A stretch of 64,000 nucleotides of DNA from a virus (taxonomy: Duplodnaviria > Caudoviricetes): positions 1-64,000 of IMG/VR virus record IMGVR_UViG_3300037455_001397; one strand, given 5' to 3'. Numbering within the stretch: the stretch's first letter is position 1; each line of letters opens with the position of its first letter. Positions 27,364 through 37,861 of the stretch are shown here, in pieces. The notes under the pieces were generated by a model. That model was not told the DNA's origin, made no database searches, and was given only the letters and a program-made list of their open reading frames with translations. The translations under genes and the position numbers were made by a program.

Positions 27364-29393
27364 ACGAATTTACCCTGATTGAAGCTGCCGGAGATGCTCG
27401 TCCGAAGATTGTCGGCACTGCGTACTCCGGGGGCAAGATGTCCCTGCCGGGCTGGAAGAACCCGGTGGTCGTCGACCTGAGCGGGATGGAGCTGCCGGAA
27501 TCCGTGCCTCTGCTCGCGAACCATGAAAACCGGACGAGCGCCCGCGTCGGCATGGTGTCGGCGCATGTGAAGAACAACCAGCTCGAAATCACCGGCGAAA
27601 TCATCTCCGAAAGCTCGGAAGCTGCCGACATCGTGGCGCAGAGCAAGGCCGGTGCCGACTGGCAGCTCTCCATCGGAGCCGACGTGAAGGAATGCGAGCT
27701 CGTTCGAGGAAAACGCGAGGTGAATGGACAGGTCATCGACGGTCCGTTCTACCACGTCCGCAAGTCTTCTCTCCGCGAAGTGAGCGTCGTTGCCGTTGGC
27801 GCCGATGCTCACACGAGCATGAAAGTCACCGCAAAATTCGATCTTACAAACCCTAACCCCGAAGAGGAAGGAGACAAAGATAACATGAACGAAAACAAAG
27901 ATGTCGAAGCCAAGGCTGACGTCCAGCCTGAGGTCAAGCCCGAAGCGAAGCCGGAAGTCAAGCCGGAAATCAAGGCTGAAGCGAAGCCCGAAATCCAGGC
28001 GGCCCAGCCGGAAGTCAAGCCCGAACCCGCGCCTGTCGACGTGGCCGCCGCTGCCCGCGATGCCGCCGCTGCCGCGGTCAAGGCCGAGCGTGAGCGTGTC
28101 GCGGCAATTCGTGCCATTTGCGATGGCGAATTCCCCGAAATTGAGAAGGACGCCATCAGCTCCGGCTGGACGCCCGAAGTCGTGACGAAGAAGGTGCTGG
28201 AAACCATCCGCGCCGAACGGCCTGCCGCCAACGTCCATATCTCTGTGAAGACCGAACCGGAGGGCGACAGTCTCCGCAAGACCATCGAAGCGGCGATGTG
28301 CCTGCGTTGCGGCATCTCCGCCGATGACCTCGAAAAGTCCTACGACGGCAAGACCATCGAAGCGGGCATGCGCGAGATGGATATGCCCCTCAAGCAGCTC
28401 CTCGTCGAATGCATGAAGCTGGACGGCATCCCGTATGGTCGCGGCTTTGACAACGAGACCATCCGCGCCGCGTTCTCCAGCGTGTCCCTGCCGGGCATCC
28501 TGAGCAATGTCGCAAACAAGAAGCTTCTGAAGAGCTTCGAATCGCAGCCCATCATCGCCACCAAGCTGTGTTCCACCGGCGACCTCAACGACTTCAAAGA
28601 GAACGACCGCTTCCGTCTGACCGACGTCGGCGACCTGCTTCCGGTCGGCGCTGACGGCGAGATCAAGGACGGCGGCGTCACCGAAGAAGCGGCCAAGAAC
28701 CAGCTCGAAACCTACGGCAAGAAGTTCTGTTTGACCAGAAAAATGATCATCAACGACGACCTCGGAGCCTTTATGAAGGTCCCGGTGGCGATGGGCAACC
28801 GTGCGGCAAGGCTGATCGACCAGTTGTTCTTCTCTCGTCTGTTGAAGAACCCCGTGCAGCTTGACGGCAAGGCTCTGTTCAGCTCCGCTCACAAGAACCT
28901 GCTCACCGGCGCAACGAGCGCACTGTCCTCCGACAGTCTGAAGAAAGCCATCCAGCTGTTTTTGGATCAGGTCGACGCGGACGGTCAGCCGATCAGTGTC
29001 GAACCGAAGTTCCTGCTTGTCCCGACCGCCCTCAAGCACCTCGCCATCGAGCTCACCCGTGGTGCGACCCTCATCACCGCTGGCGGCGCCGACAACGTCG
29101 TCCGTCCCGCCCTGAACATCCTCGCGGATGAGAACCTGCAGGTCGTCAGCTCCCCGTACCTTGCGAACAGCGCATACGAAGGAGCCTCCTCCACCGCATG
29201 GTATCTCTTCGGCGATCCCCGCCAGGTCGACACCTGGGAAATCGGGTACCTCAAGGGCAAGCGTACCCCGACCGTGGAGCGCGGTGAGACCGATTTCAAC
29301 ACCTTGGGCATGTGGTTCAGGGTCTATTTCGACCTCGGCGTCAGGGAACAGGAACATCGCGGCATGGTCAAGTCCGCAGGTGCGGCTGGCTGA
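27360..29393 (+). CDS. Prohead protease fused to scaffold and major capsid protein
   Basis: AYSGG, LANH, WQLSIGA, LREVSVVAVGAD; PEVK linker; ETYGKKFCLTRKMIINDDLG; YFDLGV. Confidence 0.9.
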   Translation: MNEFTLIEAAGDARPKIVGTAYSGGKMSLPGWKNPVVVDLSGMELPESVPLLANHENRTSARVGMVSAHVKNNQLEITGEIISESSEAADIVAQSKAGADWQLSIGADVKECELVRGKREVNGQVIDGPFYHVRKSSLREVSVVAVGADAHTSMKVTAKFDLTNPNPEEEGDKDNMNENKDVEAKADVQPEVKPEAKPEVKPEIKAEAKPEIQAAQPEVKPEPAPVDVAAAARDAAAAAVKAERERVAAIRAICDGEFPEIEKDAISSGWTPEVVTKKVLETIRAERPAANVHISVKTEPEGDSLRKTIEAAMCLRCGISADDLEKSYDGKTIEAGMREMDMPLKQLLVECMKLDGIPYGRGFDNETIRAAFSSVSLPGILSNVANKKLLKSFESQPIIATKLCSTGDLNDFKENDRFRLTDVGDLLPVGADGEIKDGGVTEEAAKNQLETYGKKFCLTRKMIINDDLGAFMKVPVAMGNRAARLIDQLFFSRLLKNPVQLDGKALFSSAHKNLLTGATSALSSDSLKKAIQLFLDQVDADGQPISVEPKFLLVPTALKHLAIELTRGATLITAGGADNVVRPALNILADENLQVVSSPYLANSAYEGASSTAWYLFGDPRQVDTWEIGYLKGKRTPTVERGETDFNTLGMWFRVYFDLGVREQEHRGMVKSAGAAG

Positions 29394-29459
29394 TGACCGC
29401 CGGAGGCGGGGCAATTCCCGCCTCCGAACTTCAACTTGAACACAAACAGGAGAAAAAAC

Positions 29460-29951
29460 ATGATTGCACGTTATGTTCAGAAAGGCGAAGCCATCGATTA
29501 TCGCCCCACCGAGAATGTCCCTGCCGGAACCATCGTTCCTTTCGCCGGATTCGTCGGAATCACCCGCCTCGACATCCGAGCCGGTGAGCTCGGCGCTCTC
29601 GCCGTGTCCGGTGTTTTCGAAACCCCGAAGGCTGATGAAGCCATCGACGTCGGCGACCCGGTTTACTGGGACGAAGCGAACGAGGTCGCCACGAAGCAGA
29701 AGACCGACATCTGTCTCGGTACTGCCGTCTACAACGCCCAGGCGAGCGCCGAATCCGTCTACTATCTTCTCAATGCCGGTGCCACGGGCGGCTCTGCAGG
29801 CGGTTCCGGCAGCTCTGCCGGTGAGGCCATCGCCGACCTCGGTACGCTCACCAGCGACTCCGGGTGCGCCGAGTCCATGACGACCCTCCGAGAGAAGATC
29901 AACGCCATTCTTGAAGCCCTTCGTTCCGCGAACATCATCGCGGCCAGCTAA
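29460..29951 (+). CDS. DUF2190 capsid cement-like protein
   Basis: YVQKGEAIDY..GELGALAVSGVFETPK..GDPVYWD. Confidence 0.8.
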   Translation: MIARYVQKGEAIDYRPTENVPAGTIVPFAGFVGITRLDIRAGELGALAVSGVFETPKADEAIDVGDPVYWDEANEVATKQKTDICLGTAVYNAQASAESVYYLLNAGATGGSAGGSGSSAGEAIADLGTLTSDSGCAESMTTLREKINAILEALRSANIIAAS

Positions 29952-29956
29952 ACACA

Positions 29957-30307
29957 ATGGGACTGCTGGAAGAAGGCCAACTGTGGTTGTCGTCCCAGCG
30001 TGAGGCCTGGCTCTCCGTCCCTGTGGAGTATCTTCGCAGGGATGGAGAAAGGCTTCGTGTCCATGCCACGCTCGGTCGGACGCTGTTCAAGGTCGAGAAC
30101 TCTTACGGAACCACAATCCACGTCTATTCCCGTGACTTCCTGATTCCGTCCGAAGTTCTGCCGAAAGACCCGCAGTCCGGCGACAAGATTTTTTACGATG
30201 GTGTCGAGTACGAGGTGCTGGCACCGCAGGACGAACCTGTCTGGCGGTGGAGCGGGACGATTCATCAGGTGAGAAGAATTCATACCAAGGAGATTGGGAA
30301 AAGATGA
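29957..30307 (+). CDS. Head-tail joining protein
   Basis: Position; SRDFLI..PQSGDKI..RIHTK. Confidence 0.7.
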   Translation: MGLLEEGQLWLSSQREAWLSVPVEYLRRDGERLRVHATLGRTLFKVENSYGTTIHVYSRDFLIPSEVLPKDPQSGDKIFYDGVEYEVLAPQDEPVWRWSGTIHQVRRIHTKEIGKR

Positions 30308-30555
30308 ACGAAAACAAAGATGCAGTGCCGGTGCCGGACACCCGAGACCTCTGGCATGAAGTAAACCAGGCAAGACTGGACATCGCGGAACTGCGCGGAA
30401 TGCTGAACATGCATTTCGGGCGTGGCGAGCACCACTATCCTCCGTGCAAACCTGCAGCAGACCTGCAAAAGATGATGATGTCCACGCTCGGCGCAGCTCT
30501 GATTGCCCTGCTTGCCGCAATCGGAAACATCGTAATGGAGCTGATGCGGAGATGA
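30304..30555 (+). CDS. Small protein with C-terminal TM helix (holin-like?)
   Basis: Coiled segment plus LGAALIALLAAIG. Confidence 0.55.
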   Translation: MNENKDAVPVPDTRDLWHEVNQARLDIAELRGMLNMHFGRGEHHYPPCKPAADLQKMMMSTLGAALIALLAAIGNIVMELMRR

Positions 30556-30968
30556 TCGACAATATGGACTGCCTGATTTTGAGCGAGGCGGTCGCCGCGT
30601 CGCTCGACGACTGGCATGCGAAACCCGTGCTTGCTCCCGAATTCACCCTTCGTGAGCTTGAGGAGCTGAAGGTTGTCGTCGTGCCTGTGGAGTTGTCGTA
30701 CAAGAACATCACGAGAGCGCTGAAGGAACGCACGGTCAAGTTGCAGATCGGCTTCATGAAACGGGCAAAGGACGAGGAGCTCGACGAGCTTCTGGCGACC
30801 GTCGAGAAGCTCGGAATGAGCTTCCTGAACAAGGAATTCTGCGGAGCCAAATGCGTGGCTGTCGGATTCAACCCGATTTATTCCGCCGACGACCTCAGGG
30901 AACGCCACCAGTTCACGAGCGTGATTGAACTCGTGTTCCGCGACACCTGCAGGCGGCTGGAATGCTGA
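30552..30968 (+). CDS. Putative tail terminator/completion protein
   Basis: Position; LRERHQFTSVIELVF. Confidence 0.6.
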   Translation: MIDNMDCLILSEAVAASLDDWHAKPVLAPEFTLRELEELKVVVVPVELSYKNITRALKERTVKLQIGFMKRAKDEELDELLATVEKLGMSFLNKEFCGAKCVAVGFNPIYSADDLRERHQFTSVIELVFRDTCRRLEC

Positions 30969-30986
30969 CCTTCTGAAAAGGACCCC

Positions 30987-31382
30987 ATGTCCGTAAAAAT
31001 GCGCTTCGAGTTCGATTCGAGGCGGCTTCTGGGGGCAGTCAACAAGGCAAACTTGGCATCCTTGCGGAGGGCTGGCGCGTATGTCCGAAAGGCCGCCAGA
31101 AACGCCGTTCACAGGTCGAAACGCGCCTCGGAAAAAGGAACGCCTCCGCACACAAGACGCGGGCTTTTGAAACGCTCGATTCTGTTCGGCGTGGACAAGA
31201 GCAGGATGTCCGTCGTCATCGGCCCCGCGAAAAAGTTTATCGGCGTGTCCATGACTGCCCACGAATTCGGCGGGATGTACCGCAGACGCCGCTACCCGAA
31301 ACGTCCCCTCATGGGACCGACTTTGAACAAGACCGCACCCCAGCTCCCGAAGCTGTGGGAAGATGCGGTCAAAAAACAATGA
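30987..31382 (+). CDS. Neck / HK97 gp10-like protein
   Basis: PPHTRRGLLKRSI..HEFGG..YPKRPLMGP. Confidence 0.7.
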   Translation: MSVKMRFEFDSRRLLGAVNKANLASLRRAGAYVRKAARNAVHRSKRASEKGTPPHTRRGLLKRSILFGVDKSRMSVVIGPAKKFIGVSMTAHEFGGMYRRRRYPKRPLMGPTLNKTAPQLPKLWEDAVKKQ

Positions 31383-31394
31383 AAGGAATAATCT

Positions 31395-31811
31395 ATGGCC
31401 ATTAAACTCGGTCTTGATGCAAAATTGTTCCGCGGCACTGCCGGGACTCAGGGGAACATTGAGGTTACCAACGTCAAGGACGTTTCCCTCAGCCTGGAGT
31501 CCGGGGAAGCGGATGTCACGACCCGAAAAGCCAAGGGCTGGAAACTGAGCGTCGCAACTCTTAAGGAAGCTTCTCTCGAAATCACCATTCTCTATGATAC
31601 CGAGGACGAAGACTTTATCGCGTTCAAGGAGGCCTACTTCTCGAACACGCCGATCTCGCTGTTCGTGACGGACGGCGATACCACGGCACACGGACTGGAT
31701 GCCGATTTCTCGGTTACGGGCTTCACGGTCGACCAGCCGTTGGAAGAGGCCGTCACCGTCAAGGTCACTGCAAAGCCGACTGCTTCCGACAGAGCGCCGG
31801 TCTGGGTGTGA
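31395..31811 (+). CDS. Major tail tube protein
   Basis: VKDVSLSLESGEADVTTR..DQPLEEAVTVKVTAKP. Confidence 0.8.
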   Translation: MAIKLGLDAKLFRGTAGTQGNIEVTNVKDVSLSLESGEADVTTRKAKGWKLSVATLKEASLEITILYDTEDEDFIAFKEAYFSNTPISLFVTDGDTTAHGLDADFSVTGFTVDQPLEEAVTVKVTAKPTASDRAPVWV

Positions 31812-31819
31812 GGTGGACG

Positions 31820-32308
31820 ATGAAATCTTTCACCGACAACAAGGGCCGCGCGTGGGAAATTGTGGTAACCGTCGCGACCGTCAAACGTGTTCGCGGCCTC
31901 TGCAAGGTCGACCTCAATTCCATTGTGGAACTCGACAAGAACAACAAGCCCTCTGCTGAACTCCTTGAACGTCTTTCGTCCGACCCTGTCCTGCTCGTGG
32001 ATGTGCTGTACGCCATCTGCAAGCCGCAGGCAGATAAACTCGGCGTCTCGGACGAGGACTTCGGCGAGGCTATGGCTGGCGACGTCATCGATCATGCAAC
32101 CACGGCTCTCCTGGAGGAAGTCATCGATTTTTTCCCGGAGGCGAAGCGGATGGTCATGCGGAAGATTCTGTCCGCCAGTCGCAGGTTCAGCAGAGCCGCA
32201 CGAAAGAAACTGGAAGCCGAGCTGAACGGCGAGTTCGAGAGCCGGGTGGTCTCCGAGCTGGATCGGTTGACCGGCTCATCTGGGACTGCGCAGGCATCTG
32301 CGGAGTAG
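31820..32308 (+). CDS. Tail assembly chaperone (gpG-like)
   Basis: Between tube and tape measure genes; slippery TTTTTTC at 32128-32134. Confidence 0.75.
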   Translation: MKSFTDNKGRAWEIVVTVATVKRVRGLCKVDLNSIVELDKNNKPSAELLERLSSDPVLLVDVLYAICKPQADKLGVSDEDFGEAMAGDVIDHATTALLEEVIDFFPEAKRMVMRKILSASRRFSRAARKKLEAELNGEFESRVVSELDRLTGSSGTAQASAE

Positions 32309-32544
32309 ACCCGAACGGATTCACTCTTCGCGAACTCGTCCGCATGACGGAAGCCCGTGGCCGCTTCGAGTGGGGACAGACGGCATCCTTGATGGCTCTG
32401 ATCGCCAATGTTCTTCGTGACCCGAAGAAGAGCAGGACCGTGAAGCCGTCCGACTTCAATCCGTACAACATGAAACAGAAAACGAAAGCGCCGGTCAGCA
32501 TCCTCAGAGACATCTGGTGCAAACAGGATTCTGCACAATCCTGA
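32281..32544 (+). CDS. Tail assembly chaperone gpT-like segment (-1 frame)
   Basis: WDCAGICGVDPNGFTLRELVRM..DFNPY; frame open back to the slippery site. Confidence 0.65.
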   Translation, partial: WDCAGICGVDPNGFTLRELVRMTEARGRFEWGQTASLMALIANVLRDPKKSRTVKPSDFNPYNMKQKTKAPVSILRDIWCKQDSAQS

Positions 32545-32598
32545 TGCCGAATTGGGCAGAAAGGCACGATTTATTGTGCAGAACGGGAAAGGAACAAC

Positions 32599-35040
32599 AT
32601 GAGCACGGCAACAGGCGAAGTGAAAGCGGGACGCGCATACGTCGAAATCCTGCTCGACCAGACGAAACTTGAACGGGGACTAAAGCAGGCCCAGCAGAAG
32701 ATTAAAAGCTTCGGGTCGGCTCTGACGGGCATCGGCAAGAACATGCTCGCAGTCTCCGGGGTTCTGGCTGCTCCGATGGCGTTTGCCACAAAGACGTTCG
32801 CCGACTTCGACGACGCCATGCGCATGGTCAAGGCCGTGTCCGGCGCGACCGAGGGCGAATTCAAGAGGCTGACCGATGCTGCCGAGAAGCTCGGACGCGA
32901 AACGTCCTACACGGCGAAAGAGGTGGCCGAGGGCATGACGGCTATGGGGCGAATGGGTTTGAAACCGGACGAGATTCTGTCCGCTGTTCCCGCCGTTCTG
33001 AGCCTCGCCCGTGCGACCGGAACCGAGCTCGGAGAAGCCGCCGAGATCGCCTCCAACAACATGCGTGTGTTCGGCCTTGACACCTCGAAGATGGCGAATG
33101 TCGCGGATATCCTGACTGCCACGGCCAACGGATCGGCGCAGACGCTGACTGACCTCGCCGAAGGGCTGAAGATGGCGGGACCGCAGGCGGCGGCCGCGAA
33201 CGACAACATCGTGAACGTGTCCGGTGCGCTCGGCGTTCTGGCGAACATGGGCATAAAAGGCTCCTTAGCCGGGACAGCCCTGCGGAAATCCTACTCGCAG
33301 TTTGCGAAGACGAAAGTGCAGGACAAGCTCAAAGCCATTGGGGTCGCCACCACGGACGCAAACGGAAATCTGCGTTCGATGCCGGACATTATCGCCGACA
33401 TCGCCAAGTACATGAACAAGCTTCCGACAGCCCAACGCTTGGGTTTTGCGGAGGAAATCTTCGACCTGCGCGGCTCCCTTGCCGGGCTCCAGCTCGGCGG
33501 AAACGTTCAGCAGCTCGATGAGTTCATTTCGAGGCTGAAGAACGTCGGCGGGGTTGCCGACCAGACGGCGGCGGAAATGGACGCCGGAATCGGCGGGGCT
33601 TTCCGAATCATGATGAGCGCGATTGAAGGATGCCAAATCGCCATCGGGCGGGTCATCGGCGAGGCTCTCAATCCTTATGTAAAGCGGCTATCTTCCACGC
33701 TGAATGTGGTCGCCGAATGGATTGCCGCGCACAAGGAAGTGGTCATCATGGCTGTCAAGGTCGTCGTCGGTATCGCTGCTGTCGGTGTCGGCATGATCGC
33801 CGCCGGGCTTGCCATCAAAGCGATGGCTGTCGGCGTTGGCTTGCTCTCGACCGTGTTCTTCCTGCTGAAAGCTGCTGTCCTCGCTCCGATGGTCGCCATC
33901 CAGGGATTGATCGGATTGTTCGGCCTCCTGCAGACGGCGATGGTTGCCACCAAGGTCATCGCTCTGGCGATGTGGGCGGCCATCACCTCTCCGGCATTCC
34001 TGATCGGCGCGGCCTTGGCCGCCGTGATAGCAGTCGTGTGGGAGCTGACGGGAGCATGGGCGGCCTGCAAAGCCGAGGCAAGCGAGCTTGCTAATGATGT
34101 AACTGGTGCTTTCACCTCAATCCGGGACATTGCCGGGCAGACCTGGGAGACCATCAAGACCGCTTTCATGTCCGGCGATCTCGCCGGGGCCGCCAGAGTT
34201 GGCCTTGCCGCTTTGAAGCTCGCCTGGCTGACCGGGCTACAACCGCTGAAGAAAGCGTGGGCAGGCTTGAAAATGTTCCTTGCCGACAGCTGGACTGTCA
34301 TCGTGTACTCGATTTTGAAGCTGGGAAACAATCTGTGGTACGGTCTGCTTTACGGACTGAAATCCATCGGCAACGCGATGCAGGACGCATGGGCCTTCAT
34401 CTGGAACGGCATCATTGCGGCATTCGAGAAGACCGTGCTGGAAATCCAGAAGGTCTGGATCAAGACGAAGGGATTCTTCGACTCCGACGAGGAAGTCGAG
34501 GCCGAGATCGCCCGCGTCGAACGGGCATACAATGAACGGAAGAGTGCCAGGGAAAACGCGAAGGCTCAGGCATCCGCACAAAGAAAGGCCGAGCTTGCGA
34601 GCATCAACGACGACTGGGACAGAGCGAATGCGAGCGCTGACGAAGCACAGACGCAGGAGATTCTGGAACACCAGAAGGCGTATCAGGACGCCCTGACCGG
34701 GGCTGCCGAGGAGATCGCCAGTGCTCGTGCCGCATGGCAGGAAGCAATGGACGAGGTCAAACAGAAAGCTGCGGAGAAAGCTGATAGGGTCGAAGAAATC
34801 CGCGAACGGACAGAAACCGCCGCCGAGGAGACGGAACGCTCCGAGGTTAAGATTCAGGAAATCTCCTCTGTCGGGGAGAAGTCGATGGGAGCATGGAGCT
34901 CGGAGGCCTTGGATGCTCTCCTCGGCGGCGGTGCGCAGGAACGGACAGCAAAGGCGACCGAGCAGATGGCCAAGAACACGCAGCAGACGAACAAGCTGCT
35001 GAAGAAAATCGGTCAGGATAAGGCTTTGACCTACGGATAA
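32599..35040 (+). CDS. Tail tape measure protein (TP901-family core)
   Basis: FADFDDAMRMVKAVSGAT..ETSYTAKEVAEGM..LANMGIKGSLAGTALR. Confidence 0.92.
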   Translation: MSTATGEVKAGRAYVEILLDQTKLERGLKQAQQKIKSFGSALTGIGKNMLAVSGVLAAPMAFATKTFADFDDAMRMVKAVSGATEGEFKRLTDAAEKLGRETSYTAKEVAEGMTAMGRMGLKPDEILSAVPAVLSLARATGTELGEAAEIASNNMRVFGLDTSKMANVADILTATANGSAQTLTDLAEGLKMAGPQAAAANDNIVNVSGALGVLANMGIKGSLAGTALRKSYSQFAKTKVQDKLKAIGVATTDANGNLRSMPDIIADIAKYMNKLPTAQRLGFAEEIFDLRGSLAGLQLGGNVQQLDEFISRLKNVGGVADQTAAEMDAGIGGAFRIMMSAIEGCQIAIGRVIGEALNPYVKRLSSTLNVVAEWIAAHKEVVIMAVKVVVGIAAVGVGMIAAGLAIKAMAVGVGLLSTVFFLLKAAVLAPMVAIQGLIGLFGLLQTAMVATKVIALAMWAAITSPAFLIGAALAAVIAVVWELTGAWAACKAEASELANDVTGAFTSIRDIAGQTWETIKTAFMSGDLAGAARVGLAALKLAWLTGLQPLKKAWAGLKMFLADSWTVIVYSILKLGNNLWYGLLYGLKSIGNAMQDAWAFIWNGIIAAFEKTVLEIQKVWIKTKGFFDSDEEVEAEIARVERAYNERKSARENAKAQASAQRKAELASINDDWDRANASADEAQTQEILEHQKAYQDALTGAAEEIASARAAWQEAMDEVKQKAAEKADRVEEIRERTETAAEETERSEVKIQEISSVGEKSMGAWSSEALDALLGGGAQERTAKATEQMAKNTQQTNKLLKKIGQDKALTYG

Positions 35041-35071
35041 CTACACCCCCTCTGCCTCAGGCTTTGGGCAC

Positions 35072-35099
35072 GGGGAGCCGCGAGGCTCCCCAGTTTTTT
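35072..35099 (+). terminator. Rho-independent terminator
   Basis: GGGGAGCC-gcga-GGCTCCCC + T run. Confidence 0.7.
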
Positions 35100-35119
35100 C
35101 AAACTTTACAGGAGATACT

Positions 35120-35941
35120 ATGGCGGCAAAAGTCGAACAGAATTACAAGGAGCACGCTACCAGCATTGACCGCTGGGGTCGGTATACGTCGGTCGAAGTC
35201 CCGTATATCGTTTTCGAGGCTGCGGACGAGGATGCGGCACTGACCGCCGTCCTCAACACCGCGCCGAAGACGCTGCACAATCTCCCGCTGGATGCCATCG
35301 AGATCGACAGCCGCGAGGGCAACACCACATTCAAGGTGAACGCGACGTACAGAGCGGAGACCAGCACGGAATCTTATGGCGATGACGAGGAGGACGAGGA
35401 ATCGACCATCAGTTTCGACTGCGGCGCCGGAACAAAGCATGTGTCGTTTGCTATCGATCAGCGTATCGCATACGGTACGATTGATGCAGGCGGCGCAATC
35501 GGGTGGAATGGAAAGTACGGCACGGAGATGGAAATCGCCGGCGTTGATGTTCCGACTGCCGAGCTGAGGGAAACGCACACGAAAACCATGCGTGTTTCGA
35601 GGCTGACGAACTCCTTCATTCGGAAAGTCGCGGGGTTCGTCGGCAAGGTGAACTCGAAAAGCTTCAACGGCTGGCAGCCGGGAGAAGTGATGTTTCTCGG
35701 CATGGGCTACAGCCGGGCAAAAAGCGCGAAACACGTCTCGGTGACGTTCCACTTTTCGATTCAACTGAACGAAACAAACGCCAAGCTCTGCGGACATTCT
35801 CTGGGTTCAAAAAAAGGTTTTGAGTACATTTCGGCCATTCCGAAAACGAGCGTGGATGATGACGTTCCGAGCGTGGATATTGAAGCTGCACATATTTCAC
35901 AGGTCGTCCAGTACGGCGACTTCGGAGAATTGGGGGTCTGA
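35120..35941 (+). CDS. Putative distal tail/hub protein
   Basis: Follows tape measure; GKVNSKSFNGWQPGEVMFLG. Confidence 0.65.
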   Translation: MAAKVEQNYKEHATSIDRWGRYTSVEVPYIVFEAADEDAALTAVLNTAPKTLHNLPLDAIEIDSREGNTTFKVNATYRAETSTESYGDDEEDEESTISFDCGAGTKHVSFAIDQRIAYGTIDAGGAIGWNGKYGTEMEIAGVDVPTAELRETHTKTMRVSRLTNSFIRKVAGFVGKVNSKSFNGWQPGEVMFLGMGYSRAKSAKHVSVTFHFSIQLNETNAKLCGHSLGSKKGFEYISAIPKTSVDDDVPSVDIEAAHISQVVQYGDFGELGV

Positions 35942-35942
35942 C

Positions 35943-36785
35943 ATGCCATTTTATCCTGACGTTTCACCGGGCGATCCATTCAAACCGAACGCCCGACTGA
36001 GCAATGATATCCGGCATCTCGTCAATGCCGCTCATGGCTTCCAGGACTGCCGGCAGAAAAGTGTTCCTTTGGGAGCCGTGCGAGTGAGCGTGTACAACGC
36101 TTCTACCACATTGATTCCGGCGAATACTGCTGTGGTGTTCACCTCGGGCGTTACAAAAGGAAACACGCTTCCGGTGAAACAGGCTCCTGCAGGAACAGCT
36201 GAATTCGGCATCGTGACCCGTGCGCTTGCCCCGAAAGAATGCGGGAGCTGCATCATGATCGGAACGGCGACCGTGGATGTTGCCGAAGGATCGGGCAACT
36301 TCGTCAAACCGGGCAATACGCGGACATTTGTCCGGGGGAGCAGCGGAACCGCCAAAATTCTGCATGTTTCTGGGACAAAAGCGGTTATTCTGCTTGGGGG
36401 AAGCCAGCCGCAGACAACGCAGATCATTTCGGGTTATGCCGGAGCCTTCTATGTGAAGAATAATGGAAACGGAACCGTAACCATCTTCAATATCTCCAAC
36501 CCGTCCGGGGAATACGCGGGACAGGTCATAGTTGGATCAACCAGATATAACATGCCTGTCGGAACACTCTCGTTCTCGTCGAACGCTGAAACCGACATCT
36601 ACCTGACCGTGTATTATGACACGACCACAAAGAAACTGGTTTACGAATTTGCCACGGAGTTGTCCGAAGAAGTCACCGGACCTCAGGGATGGTACAAAAA
36701 ACTGGCACATGTGAATAGTTCCGGTCTTGTAACGCAGGTTCATTTCTGCGGGGACATTGAAATCACTGGAAGGTGGTGGTACTAA
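35943..36785 (+). CDS. Putative tail tip protein
   Basis: ORF in tail operon; beta-rich. Confidence 0.6.
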   Translation: MPFYPDVSPGDPFKPNARLSNDIRHLVNAAHGFQDCRQKSVPLGAVRVSVYNASTTLIPANTAVVFTSGVTKGNTLPVKQAPAGTAEFGIVTRALAPKECGSCIMIGTATVDVAEGSGNFVKPGNTRTFVRGSSGTAKILHVSGTKAVILLGGSQPQTTQIISGYAGAFYVKNNGNGTVTIFNISNPSGEYAGQVIVGSTRYNMPVGTLSFSSNAETDIYLTVYYDTTTKKLVYEFATELSEEVTGPQGWYKKLAHVNSSGLVTQVHFCGDIEITGRWWY

Positions 36786-37861
36786 TGGATCTTGGCGAAT
36801 GCTGCTGGGGCGACCCCTCGTTTCGCGCTCCATTTCCTGTAATGCAAAGTCTGGTTTCTGCTGCTTGCGAACGCATGGATGCAATATCTTCCAACTTCCA
36901 TGAAAGCTGCGTATCGTCCGGAATGCAGGCTCTTGTAGAAGAGAATCTGACGGAAATGCTTGCCTGCGACACCGTGGAAGAAATCCCGTTTAAGGAGATC
37001 AAGAAAGAATATACGTTCGATCCGGTTTATGGCGGATACAGAACGCTGTCATTCATGCACAGATTCGATGGTTTCCTTTGGCAACTGCTCGGCGGGTATG
37101 GGTGCGGTTACGATGTGCGATATTACACGGACAAAACGGGAGCCATTGAGTATAATACGCTGCCAGACCTTGCCAGTGCGCTTTCGGAACCGCTGATCGC
37201 TCCTGAATGGATTTACTGGAACGATGATTCTGTGATAAAAGCAGATGTGAATCTGCAGGTGCTTCTGAATGCGAAATGGGCGTCGCAAAGAATGCGAATG
37301 CTGAATCTTCTCCGGTATATAAGAGTCTATAACGGCGGCGTTATTTTGAGGTCTTCTTATCCGGAAAATGACGGCTGGGGAACCACCCCGCAAAACGCCT
37401 ACGATTCGATTCAATCTCGGAATATGGTTGATTACACCTATTTCGGATTTGAGGAAGATATCGGATGTCGCGTGTGGTACTGGGACACCCAGTTTTCAGA
37501 TCCCGAAGAACAATGGGTCGTCGAGAACGAATGGTCGGGCGAAATAGCAGAAATACTGCCGGACTTTCATGGCTGCGCTCCTGCTGAACACGGTGAACTT
37601 ACGTTTGATGCCGTTGCTCCTGTGGATGACTGGTATTGGGATTTCGAAGCTAAGTTCGACCCACTCTGTACGAATATAACATCCGGGGCACAGACGCTGA
37701 CTTTGAGCGGCGGAAGCTTTGCTTCATGGGGATATGGCTCTGCATCCACCATAGGCGGGGAGGATACTCCGTATGGGAAATACATCCGCGGATGGCAAGC
37801 ACAAAACGTGAAGGTTATCTTCGACTATGAATCAACCTTTCAATTCAAACAGGAGGAATGA
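36785..37861 (+). CDS. Hypothetical tail-region protein
   Basis: ORF coupled to neighbours; aromatic/acidic. Confidence 0.65.
   Translation: MDLGECCWGDPSFRAPFPVMQSLVSAACERMDAISSNFHESCVSSGMQALVEENLTEMLACDTVEEIPFKEIKKEYTFDPVYGGYRTLSFMHRFDGFLWQLLGGYGCGYDVRYYTDKTGAIEYNTLPDLASALSEPLIAPEWIYWNDDSVIKADVNLQVLLNAKWASQRMRMLNLLRYIRVYNGGVILRSSYPENDGWGTTPQNAYDSIQSRNMVDYTYFGFEEDIGCRVWYWDTQFSDPEEQWVVENEWSGEIAEILPDFHGCAPAEHGELTFDAVAPVDDWYWDFEAKFDPLCTNITSGAQTLTLSGGSFASWGYGSASTIGGEDTPYGKYIRGWQAQNVKVIFDYESTFQFKQEE

Noticed and set aside
27342-29957. 871-aa minus-strand ORF
   Set aside because: Antisense shadow of GC-rich capsid genes; no motifs or RBS.
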